Source: the human T2T-CHM13v2.0 reference genome, Homo sapiens
Strand: one strand, 5' to 3'
Assembly (NCBI RefSeq): GCF_009914755.1
Contig: NC_060942.1
Length of the DNA: 64,000 bases
Shown here: one piece after another, positions 54,776-64,000 of the stretch
Layout of the letters: every line of letters begins with the position of its first letter
Numbering within the stretch: position 1 is the first letter of the stretch
The notes under the pieces: generated by a model
What the model was told of the DNA's origin: nothing
The model's database searches: none
The model's input: the letters and a program-made list of their open reading frames with translations, nothing else
Translations under genes and position numbers: made by a program

Positions 54776-56934
54776 GTAGACAACTTTTCTACACACTTGG
54801 CATGAAAAGGAACAAATAGCTAAATAGCTAGAAGGAGATATACGTTGAAGGTTTTTTGTTTTTAATTTTAAAGAGATGGGAAGCCCCTATGGGGAAGCTG
54901 CCAGGAGAAAGAAGTGAAGTGCTAGAGAGAAGGGTTGACTGGTGGAGAACACAGAGAATCTCCCAGGCAGAGTAAGAGCATGAAGTGAGGGGGTCACTAG
55001 TCACATGGTGTCGCAGGATGATTTCTTCTACTGGAAATGCTTATCATAAATTCACAGTGGGGCGTGTAACAAACAGATCTTCAAGAAGGTTCAGAACCCA
55101 CTCTGTAGACTGTAGAAAAACTGAGTCTGAAAAAAAAGGAGATATTCTGCCAAATCATTTGGTTTCTGTGGGCCATGGTTTCACCATCAGTAAACTGAAT
55201 TTTTATCTGGGGATTGGAGGGTGTAACCAATCAAGAATTGTAAAGCCGTCTGCAACTATGAAATGTCACTGAAATGCTTAATAATAACGTAACTCTTCTG
55301 GCACCAGGATGTTATGAGAACTAAGAGGCAGATGCTTTCCTGGTGCTTGAAAGATGAAAAGCTCAGTGTAGACACTGGGCCTTACTATGGACCATCATGA
55401 CAAAAGGCAGGTAGCAGGCACAATGAACATGAATCATACAACTGCACAGAGGCAGACAAACTGAAATTGTGTATTTAAGAAGAAAAAATGGTCAAATATA
55501 TAAACATGGAAAAAGGTTGTTCATATTTCCCTCCAACCTCAGGGGACTGAAGCAGGTATATGATCATTTAGGTTTCGGTTGTCAATCTTTCTTCCTGGAT
55601 TTGCAGTATAGAATCACAGAAGACTAGATTACACCTGGACGAGTCCTTCAATAACACTGATTTCAAATTACTTATTTTATACATGATGAACATGAGATCC
55701 AGAGAAGTTACATTACTTAGCCAAGGGTCCAGAGCTGGCATAAGACTTCTACTCCAGTGTGTTTTTCCCACATCAAAATGCTTCCATATCCTTACTAGTA
55801 TAACATATCTCAGTGAGCTTCCCAGAGGAAGCTCTGGAAATAGCTTCCACTTTATTCCGATGTTGCTTTGGAATAAAGTGATTTCTGAGGCATATTCTTC
55901 CTTATGTCTTGTACCATACAGTCCTTAGAGCTCTTTAAGGAGAAGACTTTACCCATTTATCCCAGTTTTACTTATACTGTAGTTTCTTCATTTGGAGCTG
56001 CCTTCCATAGCTGAGTTTCAGGGATAGAGTCTGCAGGGGATCTCTATTTGGAAGCTATTCCAAAGCTCTGGATATATTTGGGCAAATATAGCCCAAAAGG
56101 GCAAAGGGCCCCTTCTTAGGGGCCTTATCTGAATGTATTTATGCAGCTGTGATCACCAGGTACACCAGATGGAGGCTGGGCTCTAAATGAGGTGTCTCCA
56201 AGGAGACAGGCCTCTAGGGTCAGTTCTCTAGAGAAGTAGGAATTATCAGCCCCTTGGGATCCTCCTGCTTCTCTGGTACAGGCATTTCTGGAAGCAGGCA
56301 CACAGCAGGGGTGGCTTATCAAGCCTGCTCCTGTGTCAACATGCTCTTCAGTAACCTCTAGGGTGAGAAAGTGAGACAAGTGAGTTACAGAGCAGTCCAA
56401 AACTTCTACCCTCCACTGCTTAGGAGACAAAAGTAGGTAAGAAAATAGCATGTTGAGTATTGCCCCATTTTGAATGAAAAAATTATACAAAAACCTGTTT
56501 TAAACTTTTTGGGGTTATGAGTCCCTTTGAGAATCTGAAAAAGCCTTTTCCCCCACCTCCCAAAAAAAACATATCTGACATACACTTCAAGGAGTCCACG
56601 GACAACTTCCCATTCATGGACTTGTAAGGGATCCCAATGCCTACCCTCCACCCACACACATAACCAAAAATACACCAACTGTGGTTATGTCTAGGTAGGA
56701 AAATCCTAGGAGACTTTTTTTTTTTGTATTTTCAATACACCTTTTTGACTGTTTTGTTTAGCATAATCAGAAAAAAAGTGTTACATAAAAATGGAATCTT
56801 AAAACAAAAGGTACACACCCCAAAGGCTATCTTATCTTCCAAGCATCCCAGGCCTTTACAAGCCCCGACATGCCAAACTCAGGTGAAAGAAACATTTTTA
56901 TATTACTGATCCTAATACTGTTAGTATCTTATTT

Positions 56935-57092
56935 TTAAAATTTTTATTACTTACTTATTTTTTAAGAGACAGGGGTTGAGGAGTTGTCTCATTATGTTGT
57001 CCAGGCTGTTCTTGAACTCCTGGCCTCAAGCAATCCTCCCACTTTGGCCTCTCAAGTAGCTGGGACTACTGGTGTGCACGACCACACCTTGT
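56935..57092 (-). mobile_element. Alu monomer (FLAM-like)
   Basis: gaactcctggcctcaagcaatcctccc...gtagctgggactac. Confidence 0.75.
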
Positions 57093-57706
57093 TTGTTTGT
57101 ATATTAGATTTGGCATATTTGAACTTAGATCTGAGATATTTTAACTAAAGAACTCAAAGGAAAATTCCAAATCTACGTATCTGATTATTTTAGGTACCTT
57201 CACAAGTATTCTCCCAAATGAATATGTCTGAAGAAAATGTTCCATTAATTGTCTCAGTTAGTTAAAAATCTCTTTCTCTCATGCTTACCCCTTAATCCTT
57301 TTAGACCTCTGATGGCTATTTATCTAGCACTACAACTGCATTTCCCTAAGTGTCAGTCTAAGCTAAAAGGGAACCTAATAAAGTTGCATTGTCCAGGAGG
57401 CAGATTAGATCCCAAGAGATCCCCTGCAGACTCTATCCCTGAAACTCAGCTATGGAAGGCAGCTCCAAATGAAGAAACTACAGTATAAGTAAAACTGGGA
57501 TAAATGGGTAAAGTCTTCTCCTTAAAGAGCTCTAAGGACTGTATGGTACAAGACACAAGGAAGAATATGCCTCAGAAATCACTTTATTCCAAAGCAACAT
57601 AATAGTGTTCCACCCTAGACAAGGCATTCCTGTCCTCTCACCTTCCAATCCAGGTCCTCAGCAGACAGGAAAACACGAGGATCTGACTCTCACAAAAGAG
57701 CCCTGA

Positions 57707-58008
<302 letters not shown>

Positions 58009-58474
58009 TGGCAGTTCTACTAATACCTAAAGGGCTGACCTAAGCCCAAAAAGAATCAAGAGAAATGTCCTCCATCATATCTTTTCTGTTACTGTTATTC
58101 ATAACAAACAAAACAACATCAATGAGGCCAGACTGGCATAGTCACAGAAGTACCAGGAACAGGTGTTGACAGGATCAGCCAATAAGAGTTTCATAGCCAC
58201 TGTTCTGGAATTTTCTTTTCCTATGATGGGCTATGAGTGGAAATGGAGGTGGGGGCTGAGTGAGAAGAGTTGGGATGCTGCTGAGCTGAGGTCCTGGATC
58301 AACTCCCAGTTACTGAGCTGCCAGAAAAGCTGCTGCTGGCTCAGCCCAGGGAGGGGAGTCAGGCTGGCAGGACTGCTTGCCTGCTGAGGGCAAGACTCCC
58401 ATGGTGTTGTCCTCTGTCAGAGGGGCACGCTGGTAGAGCAGAAAGGACATGTTCTTAGAGGCAGGCAACTGTAA

Positions 58475-58837
<363 letters not shown>

Positions 58838-58974
58838 AAATTCTTTAAACTCTTTCAGCCTCTGTTTCTTCATCTATAAAATGGAGATACCAATACCCAC
58901 CTTGCAGGGTTATTATTCATTTAGTATGGAATGACTTATGGGGTAAGTGTTAGCAGGTATTTATTAAATGGTAG

Positions 58975-59605
58975 GGCAATTTGTTGCCACTTGCCCCAGT
59001 CAAATCCATTTGTTACTCTACAGCCACAGTGGTCCTTTCAAGTATAAATCTAACTTCAAAGTTCCCTACTTAAAACATTTCAATGACTCCCCTTTGCTTC
59101 CAGGATAAGGAGTAAACTGCTGAAGACCTATGAAGCCCTAAATGTCCTGGTCCTTGCTGAGCTCTCTCTACCTTGCTCTCCTGTGCTCCTTCTTTGTGAT
59201 CTCAGAACAATGTAATCCTTCCCATCTTGAAGCTTTCATAGAGGCTGAAAGTCCCATCTTCCTAGATCCCATCTACCTGGTTAACAATTTCTTATTGCTT
59301 CTTTGGGAAAACTTTTCTCAACCTCTAGACTAGGGCAGGTCTCCAGACAATGCTCCCTTTACCTCTCTTTCACAGTACTCAGGCCAGTTAGTAATTACAT
59401 TCATAACAATCTATACTATGTCTTAGGCAGTAAGATCAAGAGGCAAAAACAGTGCCTTTTAAAAAATTACCATTTAATCTGGGAGACAGAGCAAGACTCT
59501 GTCTCAAAAAAAAAAAAAATATTACCATTTAATCCCCAGGGCTCAACACCAAGCACAATGTCTGGCCCACTGTAGAAGCTTAAAACTTTTATTGAATAAA
59601 CGAAT
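58975..59605 (+). mobile_element. L2 3' fragment
   Basis: aaaacatttcaatgactcccc...; ends agcacaatgtctggccca...ttattgaataaacgaat. Confidence 0.6.
59480..59520 (+). mobile_element. Extremely 5'-truncated Alu (about 40 bp) with TSD attaccatttaatc
   Basis: tgggagacagagcaagactctgtctc(A)14, with TSD at 59466-59479 and 59521-59534. Confidence 0.85.
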
Positions 59606-59995
59606 TGAAGTTCAGAGGAAAGTTGGAAAGCATTAGCTTTTAATCTGCTTAGTAGTTATGTGCAACACTTAATCATGTTCTGGACAGCATGACACTTATT
59701 AACACATATCCTTTCTTTTCCTTAATTGATTTTTAGCTTTGTTGTACACAACTTTGAATGTCCACTGCTTCTGTAGGAGAGTGGGGCTCAGGGGAAACAC
59801 TCCATGCTGGGTAACTGGCATAGAATGAAAGGAACTGTTAAGTGGGCTGAACAGGAACATAGAAAAGGTAAACTCTACCTTGAAAGCAGCTGTGGTCTGA
59901 GTAAATATTCTTCCTCCCCTAATCTTTCCTTCTCAGGGACATTTACACTGACCTCTCTTTGATGGGAGGTAAAGAGTTCATGTGGCAACACTTAC

Positions 59996-60075
59996 TTGTT
60001 CCCAGGAAGAAATCATATGACGTTCAGCAGGAGGCTTTTCTATGATGGTCACCTCAGTCACACCTGGGGAAGATT
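59996..60075 (-). CDS. TPGS2: TPGS2 exon 2 (ESSPGVTEVTIIEKPPAERHMISSWEQ)
   Basis: Acceptor ttttttctcttccAG, donor GTaagt. 80 nt, phase 1-0. Exons 2-7 total 818 nt; exon 1 lies outside the window. Confidence 0.93.
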
Positions 60076-60823
60076 CTGGAAGAGAAAAAAGAGTCTGTAG
60101 AGTTGCAATTGGTCCGCTGTCATACATTTCTATGCTAGTTGTTGACTAACTGTTGATGACTGCTCTTAAGAACATCCAATCCTTCTCATGAACACTTATT
60201 ACCCCTGTAATGAAAGCAGAGAACTGGTTGGCCTCTGAAAGGCATGGTCCCATAACCTAGGACAATGTAATCTACCTGATAGAAAGGATATCCACAGACT
60301 GTGCTCTATACTGTCATTGCTCAGTCATTAATCTTATTGAACAAAAAACAGAGATTGTAGATTCCTAATGATTTCACACAGAAATTCTCAGTGAGCTAAA
60401 TCTATATACTCAGGATAAAGTGAAAAGAAATAAAGAATAGCAACCCATTAACTTTTATAAGACATAAAACTTGCTTATTAACTTTTCTTCTAAATAAAAC
60501 TCATCTTGAACATAACCTTCTACTCTGTGAGGTCTAGGATTTCAAAGCTGGGTTAACATAAAAAATGGATTCCATCCAAAAATATACTAAGAAAAAAGTT
60601 AAGTCATATTTCTAAATCCTTGAAGCGGGAAAAGGTCTCCAAATAATCTGGTCTGCTTCTCTTTGTGGAGCTGTGTTCTATCATTCACTCTGAGGGAGAG
60701 CAGAAGCCACCTGGGAATACTACAGAGTTCAATACCTCCTCCAACATTCTCCACTTGTCTGTGGCCATGCAGACTCAAGATTCTGAAGTCCTTAATCCAA
60801 GACTTAAAATTTGTCATAAAAGC

Positions 60824-61010
60824 TGTTATGACGTGAATTCTGTCCCCACCCCCACAAAAATAGATATTGAAGTCCTAACCCCCAGTACCTCAGAATATGA
60901 CCTTATTTGGGAATAGAGTTACTGCAGACATAATTAGTTTAGATGAGGTCATACTGAAGTAGAGTAGATCCCTAGTCCAATGATTGGTGCCCTCCTCATA
61001 AAAAGAACAA
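60824..61010 (+). mobile_element. MLT1 LTR 5' fragment
   Basis: gaagtcctaacccccagtacctcagaatatgaccttatttgggaatag. Confidence 0.75.
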
Positions 61011-62100
61011 CATGTAGCCAGGTATGGCAGTGCATACATGTTGTCCCCACTACTTGGGAGGCTGACACAGGAGGGTAGCTTCAGTTTTTAAAATCTCTAG
61101 GAATATGGCAGAAACTTCTAATCATTTTATGTGGTTCACTGATCCTATAATTAAGCCAGTGTCCTTTTTATGCATTATAAAATTTCCTCCAAGTTGCCAG
61201 AAACTCAAATCTTGGGATGCAGCAATAGCCCAATATAGGAACTAAGAATTCTAGACTCTACCTATTCTAGTCTTGCTTTATACATTTACTAGTTGTATGA
61301 CCTTAGATGGGTCTTCACTTCCCTTTACCTTCAGTAAGTAAAAATAGACCTTGGGTTTGAAAGAGGACACATACAATTATTTACTGTTTATAACAGGCCT
61401 CCATGGAAGGGTTATAGGTTCAGACAAAACTACTGTGATGCTACTGCAGATGTGGTCATGTCATACTTAAGCTTGGAATACTCCCATGGCAAGGTAATTG
61501 GCCAACATGTTGACTTTAATAACTTTCAGATAGTAAGTTGCTTAGGAAGTATCCATTGTAGAGACTCCTATATCCGACACAGTACTTCAGAATTGGTGAG
61601 GAGGAGGTGTTGGGGATATGGAAGAGAAGGGCATGCAATAAATTCCATTTGTATAATTCTCTGTTACAGGAAATGGGCATAAATTATCCTATTTAATCTT
61701 TCAACAATCTTGTAAAGCAGGTATCCTTACCCTCGTTTTAAGGATAAGGAAACCGAGGTTCAAAGATGTTAAGTAATTCATAAAATGAAATCTCTGACCA
61801 AAGCTGTGGACACCAAACCTAATGCTGTTTTTATCATGTTGTCTTAGTAGCCTATCATTTTGGTGAGATAACTAAAAACATTTTGCGGATGTTTGGAAAG
61901 CAATAGAAATTATACATTGTCCTTGGCCTATCAAGATGCCATATATGAGAAGCAATATCTGAATAGGCATAGCCATTCTCCCTGTCCTGCCTTTGTGACC
62001 AATGACAAGCATTTGTCAGCCACCTGGCTGGAATAACCTGCATGGCAGAGTAAGAGAGATGAAACTCACATCTTTAGATATGCCGTGGATTAAAACTCTC

Positions 62101-62587
62101 TGTGGTAGCTTACTCCAAAGGTGGGTGCTGTCATTTCCTTCCTTCCCTGCATGCCCATAGCACTTCTCATTGAGAGGTGAGTCTATTTCTCCAACTTCTT
62201 GAGTTTGGAGTTGGCCTGTGAGTGCCTTGCCCTATAAAATATTGTGAAAAAATGGTGTACCAGTTTTGGACTTAAAATTTAAGAGAACTGGCAGTCTCCC
62301 TTTGCCTTTCTTTGATTCCTGATCCATCACATACTAAATCCAAGCTACTCTTTTGGAGAGAGAGGGCATACTGAGAAGTACTGAGGGGGGCAGACATTAG
62401 CGTGTAGAAGCCATTTGATGATTCCAGTCCCAGCTGCTATCTAACTGCGACCACTTGAGAGACCCCAAATGAGAACTACCCCAGCTGGTCCAGTCAATCC
62501 ACAGAACTGGGAGAGATAGTTAATTGTTGTTTCAAGCAAACTATGTTTTGAGATGATTTGTTATCCAGTGATTGATAACTGGAATAT
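62101..62587 (+). mobile_element. Old MLT1 LTR
   Basis: tgtggtagc...gagaggtgagtctatttctcc...; ends tttgttatccagtgattgataactggaata. Confidence 0.65.
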
Positions 62588-62902
62588 ATTTTCTAGTGAA
62601 AAACAGTCTCTCTGAGGTATTTAATGAGGACCTGCTATGTCCTAAGCTTTGGGAAATTAATGCTAGAGATTAGGAATTTAAGTAGGAGACACTGTTTCAA
62701 GAAACTTATTGCTTAGTTAGATATATAAGACAAACATGAAACAAAAGTGAAAACTCAAGATAATATGTAATTATGTGTTAAACTAGGTGACATTGACTGT
62801 CAGAGCCACAGGAGTTGAAGGCAGAGGGAGGTTGACAAAGACTGAGTGAGTGATAGAAAACATCAGAAACTGCACACAGCTGATCTGGGCCTTGAAGGAT
62901 GA

Positions 62903-63577
62903 TGTGGCAGTTACTGCAGACTGGCTCAATTAACACCTCCTCCTATTCCCCGCTGGCGTGCTTTCCTTTATTTTAGACTGGTTAGCTAAAGACCTCATTT
63001 CCTACATTCCAGTGCAGTTAGACTCCCTCTGGTGACTGGGATGCCTGCATGGAAACATACTTTCATAAAGCCTGGAAGAAGGGAATCAGCAGATGAGGAG
63101 AGAACAAATGGGGAGACCAGGTCTTCTCGCATAGTTTCACAGGTGTTTTGGTCTCAGAGGGCTGGAAGTTGTAGTGGTGGCGGCAGCAGCAAAAGCAGTA
63201 ACAATTTTTGATTCCACAGCTATCCTTCTAGGAGGCTGAAATTTTGAGAGCTGTGACTGGTTGTTTTGCCAACGTGACCAGCATTCAATAAACCCCTGGA
63301 AGTTGAGGCTTAAATAGGCTTTCCGGGGAAGAAACACTGCAAATATATTGTTGAATTTCACTATTTAAGGAAGAAGTGTATTCTATGTGACCACTGACAA
63401 GAGGGAACACTTCAGAAGCCTGTGCATGGATTCCTCTAGATTCTAACTATGTCTTTTCCCCCTGCTAATCAGTGTAATAAATTATACTTGGGACTAAAAC
63501 TGTTTCTGAGTCCTGTGAGTCCTTGCAGTGGATCTGGTGGATCTAAAAGTGTGGGTGGTTGTGGGATCCCAGAAACA
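62903..63577 (+). mobile_element. ERVL-type LTR fragment(s)
   Basis: aataaacccctgg..., ctgagtcctgtgagtcctt...gggatcccagaaaca. Subfamily uncertain. Confidence 0.45.
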
Positions 63578-63691
63578 TGCATCCATCTTTTTATATTTAA
63601 CATTTGATTTAGTTTGATTTAGGTATGTTTTTGAAAATAGCAAATAACGGTTTTGTGAGTCAGGTTTAAATCTTTTTCTATTAATAGGTGA

Positions 63692-64000
<309 letters not shown>

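Overview
This is human (hominoid) genomic DNA, rich in Alu, L1, LTR and DNA-transposon fossils, with two convergent protein-coding genes. I recognise it as the FHOD3/TPGS2 junction (chr18q12). The + strand carries the last four coding exons of the formin FHOD3: the 24-nt striated-muscle microexon TDEEEEVE (311-334), then 1801-1975, 10410-10571 (DAD) and 20592-20674 (stop), with a poly(A) signal at 21180. The - strand carries exons 2-7 of TPGS2 (60075 down to the stop at 37927); exon 1 lies beyond the window. Two further candidate alternative last exons of TPGS2 start at 24107 and 21332. All exon boundaries were checked by eye for AG/GT and frame continuity. Most of the supplied ORF track is noise from repeats or introns. 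I see no evidence of a new gene system. The most interesting signals are regulatory: interlocked head-on poly(A) signals, a muscle splicing-code cassette around the microexon, a hairpin and inverted Alus around in-frame skippable TPGS2 exon 4, a convergent CTCF motif pair, and a 27-bp VNTR grown from an Alu tail. Repeat subfamily names come from memory of consensus sequences, and repeat boundaries are approximate unless a TSD is given.
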